A stretch of 64,000 bases of DNA from Nymphaea colorata. Lineage: Eukaryota. The position numbers and the translations under genes are program-made. The notes under the pieces are model-generated. The model made no database searches. It was not told the DNA's origin and saw only the letters and a list, made by a program, of their open reading frames with translations. This document shows, one piece after another, positions 44,677-59,417 of this stretch (position 1 is its first letter; each line of letters begins with the position of its first letter). The stretch spans positions 3,038,001-3,102,000 of the forward strand of contig NC_045138.2 of NCBI RefSeq assembly GCF_008831285.2, in the 5' to 3' direction.

Positions 44677-46283
44677 CTGTAAAAGAAAGAAACTTGTATC
44701 TTGGTCTGACCAATTCCAGAGACAATTTGCACAAAGAGAATAATGATTTCCTATAAATGAGAAACCACCTACTGATGTCTGTTGCTCAGCTGACCCATGT
44801 CTGCATACACAGGCAAAATAGACCAACTTTCTGCAACAGGAAAAATTGCTTAAATCCAGCAATGTCCAAATCTAGTTTAAGCCACAAATTGAGATGCTTA
44901 TATGGGACATGTCGGGACATGAATGAGATATGCAGTTAGGTTCCATAGCGTTTTGTTAGGGGCCACCAGACGAGGGCATTTTTGTTTTCTTTTGAAGGAA
45001 ACATTGGATTTTTTTTTTAAAAAAGAAATTCAAGTCAAGAGAATAGAGGGGAAGGATCTTTTGTTGGGATTCGTCTCAAATTTCCCACAGTTACTTAAAG
45101 CAAAAAAAACATAGGCACTTCTCCTTACCTTGTTTCTGGCAACCAAATCTTCCCCAACTGCAGTTGTTAGGTGTGGATCTCGATGGTTGAGAATAAGCAT
45201 ATCAGTTAAAAGTTGAGAGATCATGCAAGAGATCAGATATTATCCCTAATTACACTGGCATAAAAAGATACAGATGGAACATACTACATGGCGTTGCCAT
45301 GCTTCAGACTTGCAAATGGAAAAGAGCAATGCGCAATATTATTGAACCATGTCAAGGTAATAAGATTTCACTTCCATAAACCTGCTGCAAGTATATAAAA
45401 TATTAAATCCAACTTTGCTAATCTAGAAAGCAGATATACCGAACTGCCTGAGGAAATTTATAATTAAATCCACACTACTAAGGTTCGAGACTAAAATTAA
45501 AAAACCTAGTGATTCAGTCTTCCAGATACACAGCCATCAATAGACTCATAAGTCCATCTGTTTCCACCTCAACCAGAGTATTTGATAACACTGCCCAAAT
45601 GTACTAAGAACCCATTGGTCGTCCACAAAAACTAATACTCATGAATCTCCGGCACCAATGCCTCACAAAATGTGCATGTTGACACTGAAAAACTATTAAA
45701 AGAAAAAGAAGAAACTGACTACCACCTAGAGGAAGGATACTATCTTAACTATCTTTGCTACTGAAAGCAAAAAGCTCCGAGTTCTGATGGCAGGGCTTCA
45801 ATTTTTACTAGGCGATGAACAGTCCATTCCAGAAAATAAGGAAACAGAACGAAAAAAGACTGAAACATCACAAGGAAGCAGGAAATCTTTTACTTTCAAT
45901 GAGAAGCTCATACATAACAATCCAACATGAGCTTAATAGAGATGAGAGAACAGTGATGAAAAAAAAAAAGAAATGCCAATTTCAGTTCGTGAATTGTGAA
46001 GAAGGAAACCCGCAAAGTAGAAAATCGCGCAAAAAGAGAGAGAGAGAGAGAGTGGGTGAAATCGAAAAACCAGCGCACCAATTCAGTCAATTGCGGCTTC
46101 GGTTCATTAGCCCGCACAACACAGGGATCTGTTTAGGACAAAACTACATGGATGCTTCACAGATTCCGATACTCTTAGAGATTCAACGGCGGTCGAGAAC
46201 CAAAGACAGAAAAAAGGTCCTCCACATAAAGGAGACCAAACAAATAAAAAGGAAGAACAGAGAAAGAGAGACAGAGAGAGTAC
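44677..46283 (-). other. predicted 5' UTR intron of CBL
   Basis: Donor GAG|GTACTCTCTC at 46283 after a CT-rich leader; acceptor TTTTACAG| with the exon resuming at 44676, 31 nt before the ATG. Inferred without transcript data. Confidence 0.6.
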
Positions 46284-49200
46284 CTCACGTCGGATGCATG
46301 GCGATCAAGGGAGGAGAGTGAGGAGAAGAGACTGGATAGTGCCGCCTCATGTGCCCTGGAATTCGTCGCTTGAAAACCTTTTGTTCGAATAAACATACGA
46401 TTAAATAATTAATGCAAGTTATTTACATGATATCTAACAAATTGCAAGTTGTTAGATCCGTTCTAAAGCATAAAAAGAAAACCAAGAACAAAAGACATCA
46501 ACAGCTCACCATGCATTAAAACTAAACTGGCAAAAAATTATGAATTTATTTTTAAACATAAATGAAACCATCATTTTGAAAAAACACCATTCGAAATCAG
46601 CCTATACCATGTTAAATGACCGGCTTAAGCAGGCGAAACCACTTGTCAGAAGGTCGTTAAAAATTAAAATTTCTTTCATTAAAAACCTGTCCTCAGCATT
46701 AACAACATATGATACTTCATGACACCTTTTGGTAGCGCCTTTATATATACATATAGTAAAATTGAAATCAGCTGGTCAACGTCCATTTGTTAGTTAAGTT
46801 TTTTTATGTTTTGCATGCTAAAAACTGTAGCAAATGGTGTTTAGTGGCTAAAAACTGTGGCCAATAAATTATTTTTGCTGGATGCACCATTTACGATAAC
46901 TTTTACAATTGTAAAATGTAAAACAACTCATCCAACAGTGGACATTGGTTGGCTTATTTTAAGATGTTTATATTGTATTTTAGCGAGATAAGGTACTTGG
47001 GCAATAGTTTCATTTTTTTCGTCAAAATGGAAACCGTATATAACTCCGTGCAAGTAAACTCATGAGGGCGACTTTAAAGTTTAAACACGAAGAAAAATGA
47101 CAGCGTTTGAGAAAAAGGCAGATCCATAATAGAAAACACACCTCCACTTTCAATTTATATTGAAAACCTCACATAGTTTTCTTTATTGTTAACTAAATGG
47201 ATCAATATTTTAATTTTTTTGGATACACCACAGTTTCTCTTAAGTAACTCATCCTTTTTATTTTTAAGTGGACATAAGTTAGTTTTGGATGCATACAATA
47301 GATCTTATAAGCACTAAAAGTGAACAGTCAAAGTTTTTTAATTTATAAAAAGTATGACATATTAATTGAAGGTGTGTTTTTATATTGGTTACAATTTTTG
47401 TTAGACTTGGAAATTAGATCTACATAGTTACTTTTTATAAAGGATAATACTTCACACACTATATTTATATATATATGAGTGATCTTGAGCTTGGTCATTA
47501 AACACACAGTCAAATACAATACACAAGACAGTGCTGTAAGGGTAAAAAATTTCTCCATCCAAACCTAGATGAAGATATATTGAGTAAATAGTGGTTCTAG
47601 ATATTCAAGTCGCTCAATTCATTCGTGAGGATTGATTGATCAATCATGATAGATGATTGAGAGAAAAACTAAAACAAAAATTGTATGACTAATAATAATG
47701 AGAGTGTGTGTGTAAGAGAGAGAGAGAGAGAGTATATTAAGAATTTCCTCAAAAAGTTGAGTAGCTATGTATTATTTTCTCAAATTTTAGGTGCTCTTTT
47801 GTAATTTTTTCTAATTTGAATTAACCCTGACGCCTTCCTAATAAATACCATTTCGTGATCGGTTTCCGATACAGTTCACAACATTTCTACCGTCAAACTT
47901 TGTGAAGGACATCATTTGGTGGTATTTCATTTTCAACTGACATAATTGTACTGCCTTATCCTTGGATTCTTGCACTAAATAAAATAAAGAGTCGTCAGCC
48001 CTATGGACCGCAATGCTTTGGACGTAGTGGTGGAGCCAAAAATTTAAGTCCCAGCTAACATATATAACAGAAAGTCATTTCTATATAGAGATTGTTTAAG
48101 GTCTTTTATAACACTCCATTGTGAATCTTCAATGATTTATAAGAGGATTTGTTAAGTGATTGTTTGTCATGATAGTTTGCATTTTAAGCAAACTAATGCT
48201 TCCAGGGGCCGTACGGGTTCGTGCAGCACGTCAAGCACCTTATGCCGTCAATTTTAAAACGAGCGCAAAGATCATTTAAAAAACAAAATGCATAAATAAC
48301 ACAAAGCGTGAATAAAGAAAACTCGCAAGGTATTTCTTTAGAACGACTTATAGGCAGCTAGTAGCTGATTCAAATCTCCAAATCTCCGAAGCACCATGCA
48401 AGAGCTGATATTGACCAAGATTAGAAAAATGCGGGAATGGTATATACATATATATAGAGAGAGAAAAAAAAAAAGAGAGAGAGTATGTGTGTTTTTCCAG
48501 CTCAACTGATTTTGTAAAGCTTAATTCGGGCAACTTTTTTCATGCCTTTACTCTTTGTCCGGGAGGACAGTCAGAAGTTTGGGAAAGAACAATAATTTTT
48601 GAAAATTTTTATGAGGGCCAAAATAAATTTTTTTTAAATTATAAAAGTAATTTTTTTAAACAAAATTTTGAGAGGGGGCCATAGCCCCTTTGTGCCATTG
48701 TAAGGAGTGTGACCTCCTTTTCCGGTAACGCAGAAAGTGTGTGCATTTTTTCCGGCTAGTTTTAGACGGTCTTTTGTTGCCAGCCACCGAGAGATTACAA
48801 ACGTCAAGCATCAAGTAGCCCCATGTTTTTGGCCTGTAGGCTGTTGAGAACTCACCGTCCATTTTCCACTATCGGTTTTTTCTAGCCAATACACAATGAA
48901 ATTGTGTTCATAAAATAATCTAAACGAGTATTTGTAAAACTCTAGTTTGTAAAAAACTTGATTCAGGACAAAACTTGGTCTCTTTACCATCTAATCAAGC
49001 AAACATGTCCTGTAACACCATTGTCACAAATATCATTCTTGAAAAGATTTGTTGGTATTTTTCACCAAAGTTGTTTTTTTTTGGGTAATTCTAAGTAAAA
49101 TTTCAACATTTTTTTAAAAAAATAAAAACAATAAAAATCATAATTAACCTAATTCTCAATAATTCTCGGGTACTTTACGGTATTTTACTTTTTTTTGTGA

Positions 49201-49768
49201 GCTTTTCAAAATCGTTTGATTTTTTTTTTCGTGTTATTTGATTTTATTGTAAAACACATTTTTTCTTTCAATGGGAAAAATTACAAAAGGGTGTCTAAGA
49301 TCTTTATAAGATATCATCGTGCTCAACTTTTCAGAGGAGCTCGCGAAGAGCATCGTACTAGAAGAAAACACCAATCGTTTTATATAAAATGATAAAAAAT
49401 ATCCCCCACAAAGTACGTTGCTTCCCTTACATAAAGAAAGATATTGTTCTTGTTGAGAGGAGTACTTTTGTTATTTTAAATAAAAGATAATCTTTTCTTT
49501 TAGTTGGCAGTTTTAGTTGTTGGATAGAAATTTGTTTTTTTTTTCTTAATAATTAAGTAGTCTTTTAATAATGGGTTTTGTTTTCAATAGCTTTAACAGA
49601 CAGTTATTATCATCTTGTTGAAAGCACTCAAGCCACATCAAAATCAAAACCATACTGCTCAATAATTCCCAATTAGGGTGGTTTTAAGCTAGCTTTAGGG
49701 AGTATTGTCACGCCATTCACAATGCAACAAAACTGGTACATGCAGAACGGCCGTCTGGCAATAGGAAC

Positions 49769-49959
49769 CAGGGGTGGAGCCAGAAATTTTTCATGAAAAA
49801 GGTTGAATTAAAGTTTTTAAATTTTGACAGGGGCCAAAATATCATTTTTCAAATTTTTTTATATAGGATAAATACAATTTTCTAAAATTTACATGTATTT
49901 TTTTTTTTAATTTTGAGGTAGGGCAGAGCCCATGCAGGCCACCCTTGGCTCCGCCCTTG
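49769..49959. mobile_element. hAT-like MITE
   Basis: TIRs CAGGGGTGGAGCCA / TGGCTCCGCCCTTG; near-matching 8-bp flanks ATAGGAAC / GTAGAAAC. Confidence 0.8.
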
Positions 49960-50820
49960 GTAGAAACAATCTATTTCAATCTTTAAGATTGATTCATAAA
50001 ATACTAACAAAATATTTTGGTTATGAAGGAACCCGAAAAAAACTACAGCCCGCCTCTCATTGTTTTTGTCAAACAGTCCATATATGGTTTTTTCTCAATT
50101 GAAGTGTCTTTAGTTAGTGTCAGTGCTTATTAGCCTGAATTAGCTGATCCAGTGCCTAGAGTCATATTGGATAATTTGGTGCCTCAGATCATATGGGCTG
50201 CTGTACATTAATTTACATATAATTTTTAAAAGAATTCACTTGTTTTATATAAAAATTTTGAAAAAAATGCTATTTCGGCCCTAGTCAAAACTTAGAATCT
50301 TTAATTCAACCCGCCTCATAAAAATTTTTTGGCTTGCCCCTGACCCGATCCAAGGGAAAACAAAATGATAAGGAGCTTAAATCAGTTGCCTCAGGCATGC
50401 TTGTTCAGATCTGATCACAGATCACCTCAAATCTTAGGTCCAACCCGTATGGTTTTTGCTACCTAACATGGATTTGAAATTCACAATGTTGAAATCCATT
50501 GTTTATTTAGCACTAGTCCTAACAAATGTGGATCTCAAATCAAGTTCGGATACGAGATTTTGATATCAGATCCAAGGCTATCAACCATATTTTTAAAATA
50601 CAAGCCATGTGAGGCATGCATTAATCAAATAAGCTTTATTTTATGTCAGGAGATACAACTTTTTATTGGCCGATTCTTAATAAAATATTAACAATATTTG
50701 AATCATTCTTATATTCCGAGTAATTTATTGTAGTATCCGCCGATATAACTGACCGCTTCCGACACAAGATGGAAACCAATATTTATTCCACTTACTTCGA
50801 TGCTCCAATTATCATACAAA

Positions 50821-50987
50821 CGGGGGCGGAGGCAGGTGTGGCAATGAATACATGCCCACAAAAAGTGTTTATTTTCGTATTAAAATTTCATGGCAGTTTT
50901 TTCATTTACATACATAAGTGCCTCTTAAAAATTTAAAAATTATATGACTTGGTGTCTCTTAAGCAAAGTTTTCTGTCTCTGCTCCTA
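50821..50987. mobile_element. hAT-like MITE with perfect 8-bp TSD
   Basis: Flanked by CATACAAA on both sides (50813-50820, 50988-50995); degenerate TIRs CGGGGGCGGAG / CTCTGCTCCTA. Confidence 0.8.
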
Positions 50988-51763
50988 CATACAAACAAAT
51001 AAAAATTCATAGGCCAAATTCGAAAGTTCTCTCTCTCTCTCTCTCTCTCCATTGACAAGTTGGGGTTAGGTAAAGTTTCTATGGACTAAAGTGAATGTTA
51101 ATTATTGACATCTCCCAACTTAATTTTATATGGCAAATTAGTCTTTTAACTTGTCTGAAAAGTAACTAAGTTTCAAGCAATTTCATTTACCAGAAACATT
51201 GTCCTCATCTGTGATCCGCTATCAAACCAGTATGAAAGCTTATTGAAAACTTCCTACTTAGGGTTGAAAATAAGTGAGATCTGCTGCGAGTCTGTCGTTA
51301 CATCGATGCTGTTCTAACACATTAATGTCAAGAAGGTCAATGACAATATTCACAAGTTTGGTACAAAAAATTGAACAAAGAAGCCAAAAGAGACAAAACT
51401 TGAAGACTCAGCCCAGTCTTTCATAGTGGACTAAATACAGAATAGTCAAGTCAATAAAAATGACAGAGAATTTCATTAAGGAACTTCCATGTTCATGGCA
51501 TGCCAATAAATACCCAATAGTAATTTAATAAAAAAACAACAGGCATCTCTCTCTCTCTCTCTCTCTCTTCTCTTTCTCTCTCGCTCGTATATACAGAAAA
51601 AGAGATGGATGGCAGCTCAAGCAAGAGAAGATAAAAAGAATTTACTATAATTCTATTAATCACCCTCAACTAATCATGTTAGACAGAAATACAACGGTAG
51701 CCTGAATAGCTCTAGAGAATCAACGATTAGAGGAGGCAATGAAAAAAATAATGTTGAAACCAA

Positions 51764-54700
51764 TCAAAATCTCATCAAGGTGGAAGTGAGATTCAGTAAA
51801 GGCTCCAATGCACTGGGGGCGAACTTCCTTGCAAATAGGTAGCACATAGGGGTCATCCCATCATTGTAAAGACATTCCGTCCCATTGTTCTGTATCGATC
51901 TGATGAAACTTTCTGTTATATTAACTCCTTCAAATGTCACAGGATGCGGCCCGCCTTTGGACCAGTCCACCCATGTGACACTTCGGTTAGAGTTCAGTGA
52001 GCCATAGAACATGTTCAGATACGTTGGTATGTAGTGCTCATCTGGGTAACAGGATGGCCAACAGTGCCTTCGGAAGATGGAGTAGTATTTTGTATCTGAG
52101 ATAATGTGGATGGCCACTTCCCGGTTGGCCTCAAACCACTGGGAACCTTTCCTCCACTGACTCAGTTTGATATCAGGCAGCATTCTCCGGTTGTAACGTC
52201 CACGGCCATAACGGGATGGATCGTCATAAGAATCCACAAAGCTATGCTTCGAGTTGATGAGGTAATTGTAGATGGTGTCAAAATTGTAAACAGGGATGCA
52301 ACTCTCTGAGAGTAGAACAAACCTCTCGTTTGAAAAATCAAGCAGTGCATTGGCTAAAAGCCTCTTTTCACCATCTACCATGTCTACAGATCCCCAGTGA
52401 ACATCCTGAGAAGAAGAAAGACAAAAGGCAATTAGAATCTCCTCTGTTTCTTGCATAGCCATGATAGAACAGAAAACAATTTACTACTGTTTAACAACCA
52501 GAGTTTTCTTGGAAGACCAACAGCAAAAGACATTGGAGTTTGGCTGTTTCAGATAAAAATGGAGCAATGTGACTCATAACTTATAAACTTGCCAAATAAT
52601 AATCTTATCCCTAGATGTTAAAAACTTGTGACTAGTTTGGGCCAAATCATCTGTATGCTTTACTGTATAACAGCATAAAGAGAAAACTCCTAGTTCTCTC
52701 CCCGAGTAGAGCCAAGTTTTATTTTAAAATTAGCATCAGGGTTCTCTCTCTCACTCTGGGGCAAATAATCAACTGCCAAGGAAAATGTCCCCATGGAATC
52801 AAAATTATCCCATAAATGTTACAAGGACGTTCTTTCTTGCCACCATGAAACACACTATTATCCATCTATCATAACAATTCTTTGGATAACACAGAAATTC
52901 AAAATGAGACTCGTATCCACAAAATCCATATTTCTCTATTGTGTGTTACAAAAACAAAAGCAATCGACCAGTGCGTTGATTCAAGCCGGGATGAATTAAA
53001 GGATAGTCCTGGGGGGCACGTGCAAACAGCAACCAAATTGTTGTTTCCAAGGTCACTGGCTTTCTCTCTCAAAGTAATCCAAAAAAGAGGCACTAGGCAA
53101 CTACTGAGATCTAACTTGCATGCTACAGAAAATTGTCTTCAAACAGTTTACAACCTAGAACACTCTAAGTTGGAGCAATGGCAAAGACAAAATATCCTGA
53201 CAAAGATATGTGGAACTGCAGATGAATGCATAGTCTGTGCATCCATGCAAACTATCGAGATAAGATTTTTATAAGATAAATATTTATGAAGCTCAACTGA
53301 ACAATGGTCTAAATCGAGAGTTGGAATACTGCAAAGAAGTACGTAGCTTGCACATGCCAACTCAAATACTTGAAAATATGGAGTTTGAAATCCTTATCCT
53401 TTCTTGCAAGCAATGAGAAGCACATTACAGACATACCAGAAGCAAGTAAAATGGAACATCAAAAAGTACAGATAAATGCAAGGACTAGGAGTGCCATCCA
53501 CCTAAGGTAACGAGACTCATGCATGACAATAATTTGCCACCCTTCCTTGATTTCTTCTGAAAAGATAATTCTTTTTCGACTATTAAGAAAAAATGAGAAA
53601 ATATTGGAAACAAAACTGAGAAAAAACACTTAAAGAACATGAAAGGCCTAATTTATGATAGTCTCATTAGCGGTGGATTCCTGTCCTTTTTGTCTAAGAA
53701 ACTCACGACACAGAGATCTCCAACATTTTCTCTGAAGCTATTTACGATTTGCAGATGAGCATGGAGGACAAGGACATAATGCTGAGGAACCAACACATAG
53801 AAATGGCATAACATCAATTAAAAATGCAAAAACCAGAAGAATGAACATGTGCTAGATACACCAAAGAGCATATCTTCAACAAACTTAACCCTGCTCAACC
53901 ATTTTTTTGCATAAGGTAGGTCAATCAAAGAGCCAACTACATAAAAATCAACCAAATAATATAGAGTAGGAAATTTAACCGACTCTCTCTTTAAAAAGAA
54001 ATGGCCAAAGAAACAGGGAAAAGCTGTATGAAAGTGATCCACTGAACAGCTTTAAATATGAGGATGCTGAAAAGCAGAAAAACATATTCCAGAGTAAAGA
54101 AATTATATATGCCAACTAAGCATGGAAAATAAGCCTACCATTTTGTATTTCTGTAAAATTGATGACAATTAGCGATGATCAAAATGATCAAAGGCGACGA
54201 TGTCTAGTTTATCTTTCACACAAGCAGACAGAACAAGAAGGAAACATTTCCGCAGAAATGTGGCAGAATTGCGATGTGTACCTGACTCGGAATTTGGCGA
54301 CCGACGAAAACAGAGGTCGCAGAAACATTGAGCTCGTAATAGGGAGGGGTATGAACGTAGATTGAGTACAGATCTTTGTCGGCCCGGCTGAAGAACTTCT
54401 CCCACAGTAGGGATAGCGGCAGCGGTCCCTTCGTCAAAAACATGAACGCCACCTTGGGCTTCCTTCTGAAGGGGTATTCTGCCTTCTGCGGCACCATTGA
54501 CGCCCTCCATAGGAGCTCGGCATCGGTCATTCCGTGCGCCAGTTTCTTCGGCCGGACGAAATTCTCCACGCTCCAGCAATCCACCTTGACGACGTCTTCC
54601 TTACACCGAGTTGCCACGAACTGGGGAGCCTGAAAGAAATCGTGCCTGGCGAAGTAGCGCGAGATGTGTGCGCTCCCCGCCAGACCGAGGATCATCCCCG

Positions 54701-54842
54701 AGACGAAGATGACGAGAATGGACATAATCTGGACTAGTCCTACAGACCACTCTTTGCAGAATCCCTGCAACCGTAGCGAATAATCGATCACCGCGATCGT
54801 GATTTTTTCGTCGTCCATCTTGTTCTTCATTGTCGCCTTCAT
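51764..54842 (-). CDS. Core-2/I-branching beta-1,6-GlcNAc-transferase-like (BC10/DUF266) glycosyltransferase, ~400 aa, 2 coding exons
   Basis: Exon 1 54842-54282 (first ATG; the ORF-track start 54932 is GTG); exon 2 52405-51764. N-terminal TM helix, H.MTD.ELLWRASM, PKVAFMFLT.GPLPL..LWE.FF, YSIYVH, WG...MVD.EKRLLANALLD..NERFVLLSESCIP, WRKGSQWFE, CYPDEHY, LFARKF. The start Met could be 54830. Confidence 0.93.
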
Positions 54843-56384
54843 CCCTCCCACCTCGAATCCTGTTCCGATTCGGCTCAATAACCAGTTGGTTCCCTCTACA
54901 TTCTCCTCCGATGAAGAAGACCCAGTTCCCACTCAAACCACCTAGACACAACCATCGGAACGATCTCTATCCCCGTTTCTCACTAAAACGAAGGATCGAA
55001 CACTAAAAACGACGACAAAAATTCAAAACTTTCAACCTAAATCGAGGAAATCCCGCCTCCCCACAAACTGAACTCACGTTTCCTGACAACAACTCGATCC
55101 AAACAAGAAACTTCCTGATCGCCGGACTACAAACAGGAAAACCAAAGAGCGCCTCCAATCGCAATCTACAACTCAAAACAGATCTCCGGAAAAACTAAAG
55201 CTCGAAACCTCACCGAAGCCACCACTCTCCTTCCCTCCCTTCCGAGCATAGAAAAGAACAGCTCCGGAAAGAAAATAGCAGCAGACTATCCACCAATCGC
55301 GAAACCCCACGTAATCCGTGAACCAAAACGTCGTCTGAAATCCCGAATACCCCGCAGGTATCCGGAAATCAGATACCCCAAGAAAACGCTGAAAGAGGGA
55401 GCGCTACACGAGAAACAACAAAGTCCGTAAGATTTTGGTTAGTCACAACCCCAGAGAACGGCGATTCGGTCCCCTAACACAGAGGCTCGGAGGACGAAGG
55501 GGGTTCTCACTTCTCAGAACGCCAGAAATCGAAGGCCGCCGCGTGTTCAAATCCGACGGGCGCCCACCGAGTAAAATACAGAGAGAGAGAGAAATTCCCT
55601 TGGGATCGCACGGATTCTTCTCTCTCTCTTTTCCGGGGGACCAAAAAGGAAGGGGAAGAAAGCGAAGACGATGGAAGAAAAAGGAAGGAAAGTTCTTCTC
55701 ATCTTCGCATTCTCTGCAATTAAAAGAACACTCTTGGGATTATTGAGATCATTTTCGTATTCAAACCGGAGCTTTTTCCGGTAATTCGAAAGGCGACCGG
55801 TGGTTTGAACTGTATTCAAAAGTAAACATGCCCACCGCATGCTCATGTTAAAAGCGACCTTGAAGTTACTTTTTATAATATAAATAATTTATAGAAATAA
55901 ACTTAATCTCGATCCCAACAAAATAATAAAAAATAGTTGAAACGAAGGTCTAGGCAGCAAGATAAAAGTTCGATATTATATTCACATGCTAGTATTATCG
56001 CATATAAAGATTATGTCTATTTCCTTTTAAGGAGGCAGTTAATAATCTACTACTGTCTTTTGATCTTGGCCTGAATGAGACCTAAACAGCTTAAGCATGA
56101 GAGAGTGAAAAAATTTTCTTTTGTAGGATCGAACTATAGTTTCAAAAATTTAATATAGACAAAACTTTAAAATTTTACATGAAATTGTTTTCTATGATAC
56201 ACCAATGAAGTAGCATCCATGGAAATCAAACATCTGACCTACTTTTCATGTGTATGCCTATTGAACCAGCTCTGCTATGCCCATGAAAGCAAGACCACCC
56301 GTTCCTTTAAATACATTGTTTATAAACAAATTTTGTGGAAAATAACAAATATGAAGGCAGTTAGTCTCACAAGTAAAAGATAGG

Positions 56385-56852
56385 TAGGGTGAACAACAAG
56401 TCGAGCTACTCGACCTCAACTTCTAAACGAGTTCGAGCTAAGTCATTTGCTTAATGAATGGATTTCGAGTTCATGAGTTGATTTGTTCAAATAATCGAGT
56501 TGAACTGTTAAAGCTCAACTTGGCTCAAAAATTATGTGTAGCAATTTTTTAAATATCCGACACGTTTTTTTTTAATTAAAAAACCGATATATTGACGTTA
56601 ATTAATCATGTAAGTTTTTAGAAAAGCTCATTCAAGTTTGTCGAGCCTTAATCGAGTCGAGCTCGATTTATGGCAAAGTAATAATCCATATATTCCAACA
56701 AGTTTGTCGAGCCTTAATTGAATCGAGTTCGAGCTCAACACGGTAACTGCTGAGTCGAGCCGAAGCTACTTATATCGAGCTCGAGATTTCACTAGTCGGG
56801 GTGAGTATGATTTGACTGAACTCAGGCTCGACTCGGCTCGCGTTCACCCCTA
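56385..56852. mobile_element. hAT-like MITE (CGAGCT-rich family)
   Basis: TIRs TAGGGTGAAC / GTTCACCCCTA; the interior aligns with 63109-63653. Confidence 0.8.
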
Positions 56853-58415
56853 ATGCTAAGCGAGCTATTATTATATTACTATGCCCGTCCAATAAGAGTG
56901 TGTTTGATAACCTTGAATCTTGTATCTTACAGGGATTGGAGATCCCATTTGTGTGGGACCAACATAGTAAACAAACAATGGATTTCATTGGATATTAGAG
57001 TTAGAAACTTTAACTTACAAATTTATGTAAAATAAAATATGGATTCCTATCTTGTTCTCAAGCCTATGGTTGCTGTACTTGAACCAAAGAATGCTTTGCT
57101 TTCCCTTGGATGCACTTAGGTTTGATTTATTATAATGGCTGGATGTTTTGTTATTTGTATGATAAAGTATCACAAGAGGATATGCTTTTGGTTGCTTTCA
57201 ATTGTCTGCAAGTGGATGATGCAAATATAGTGCTTGTGGGTACCTTAACACAAGTCGTCTTCTCTTTGTTTCTCCCTCTTGACTTTCTATATTTTATGAT
57301 GATAAAAAGGGGCCAAGTATTAAAAACAAACTTAAAAAGAAGAAAACGTTGACTTGGAATTATGTGTATGAACTTCCCAATATCAGATTGCATATTCTTT
57401 GTTACTCTCTATACATTTGAGAAAATGTTTACTTGTGTTTGCTTTTTATATATATATATATATATTGCTAATAAAGGCTAGAGGTCTTCTTCTAGCAGGT
57501 TTTTATATGAAGATGTGCAATCAGAAGCAGGTGTTTTTTTTTTAAATATCTACCTAGAAAACATTTTCTTTTTTATTTTAGCTTATTAAAGTCAATCAAA
57601 TAGGTTAAGAAGTTTAAAAATTTCTTAACTATTGAACAACTTTTTTATACTTAAAACCAGGTGAAAATAGTCACCGAAAAATAGTATATAGCAAAGAGTA
57701 CATCCAATTCGAATCCGTTCCATGGACATAGATGCTACCTAATTCAGGTTACCAATGTGTGATCCGCGTAAGCTTCTGTTTCTCCAAGCTCGATCACTCG
57801 TCTTGGATGATGAGATTGAGTTGCATGTACACCCACATGGACCTTGGTCCCACCTCAATTTTTTTTTAAAAAAATTACGTGTAAATTTAAGAAAAAATTA
57901 ACTTATTGCACATAAAAATTTTGAAAAATGATATTTCGACTCGTATCAAAATTTTAGAAACTTTAATTCGGCTCCACTCCTCGTTGACTTGTGTGGGCAG
58001 TGGCCCACCCCAACTCAGCAGGCCCACCCCAACTCATCAGAAACCTCGTTACAATGTCTCAACATCACATTAGAATGACTCAAAAATTATGCAATGTTGA
58101 ATATCAAAATCAAATTCGTGCCGTCAACTCAAATGCATCTCGGCCAAAAAATCCTGCCACCGCCACTGGGTCACTGGTTGGAAGGCTAATCTCGCAAGTC
58201 GAAATGGTGATGCTGATGGTGATTTGAGAGGGTCCCCATCTGGAACCAAGATCCAGATTTGCTTATCAGTTTTGAATTCTGGTAGACTGGATGGCAACAT
58301 CAATAATTATAGGGCGCAAATGAACGAGTCAAGCAAAGTCATTTAATATGAACAAATAGTTGGAAGATTCCAAGGAAAGTTTCTTCTCACTTTTTTTTTC
58401 TTTTATTTGTAAAAC

Positions 58416-58931
58416 GAATGTATATAATATAGGTCTCTTTGCGTGTAAGTACAAGCTAAACTTAGTACCATTTATATGTTGAGCCCATGCAGGAATTATT
58501 CCTTTTCATTAATTAATACAATATATTGTATCAACTGCATTATTTTATTTATTCAATTATTAAGCCAAGGAAGACCTGACTCTTTCTTCTACTCGCTACT
58601 GGTACCTAAAATTCCAATGGTCAATATATGATAGTATTTATGTATTATATTTTATCTTTTAGGCGGTGTTTGATGGACTTGGATTTTAGATCTGATGCTA
58701 ATCTAAAATCCATACATCGTGCGATTCATTATCTACAAGGGATCTTAGCAGCGTAGATGTCACGTTCACGCTATATTTCAAAAATGTGGATCAGGGGGAC
58801 CTCAAATATGCTGCTAGTGGAAGACGACCTTATGGAGAAAAAGTTATTGCCCTATGAAAGGGATAAAACAGTGCTGAAAGATTCTTCATGGAGGGACCTT
58901 GAACACGTCTACTAGCTGGATCTTAATTATT

Positions 58932-59023
<92 letters not shown>

Positions 59024-59384
59024 GGGCAAACGATAACAACTTGAAGTAATTGCAGATCAAGTTTGATTCATCCCAGCAGTGTGATTCTAATTAATCTGGT
59101 ACATCAAAACCCTTTTTATTTTTGCACTCTTTGGATGAGCAGGAAGTTAACAATCTATCGGTCGTAAAAGTCCTGAAACCTCTTCATTTTCCTTGTCTTT
59201 AAATGTTTGGGCTGTATTGAGACTTGAGTAAGGTATGGTACACCTATTAACTAGAATGTCACAATGCCACAGTTTGGGAGGAATCGAATAGGCGATGTGT
59301 CCTGCATCACGACTTTATGAAAAAAAAAAGAAAGTTATTGTCCGATTGAAGAGATAAAACAAGGATGAAAGCTTGTTCATCAAG

Positions 59385-59417
<33 letters not shown>

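Noticed and set aside
45815..46321. 168-aa plus-strand ORF
   Set aside because: Antisense to the T/CT-rich CBL leader intron; low-complexity K/R/E composition.
58561..58581. miR169-like 21-mer TAAGCCAAGGAAGACCTGACT
   Set aside because: Several mismatches to miR169, no complementary star arm seen nearby, and the paralogous copy at ~60080 is not conserved.
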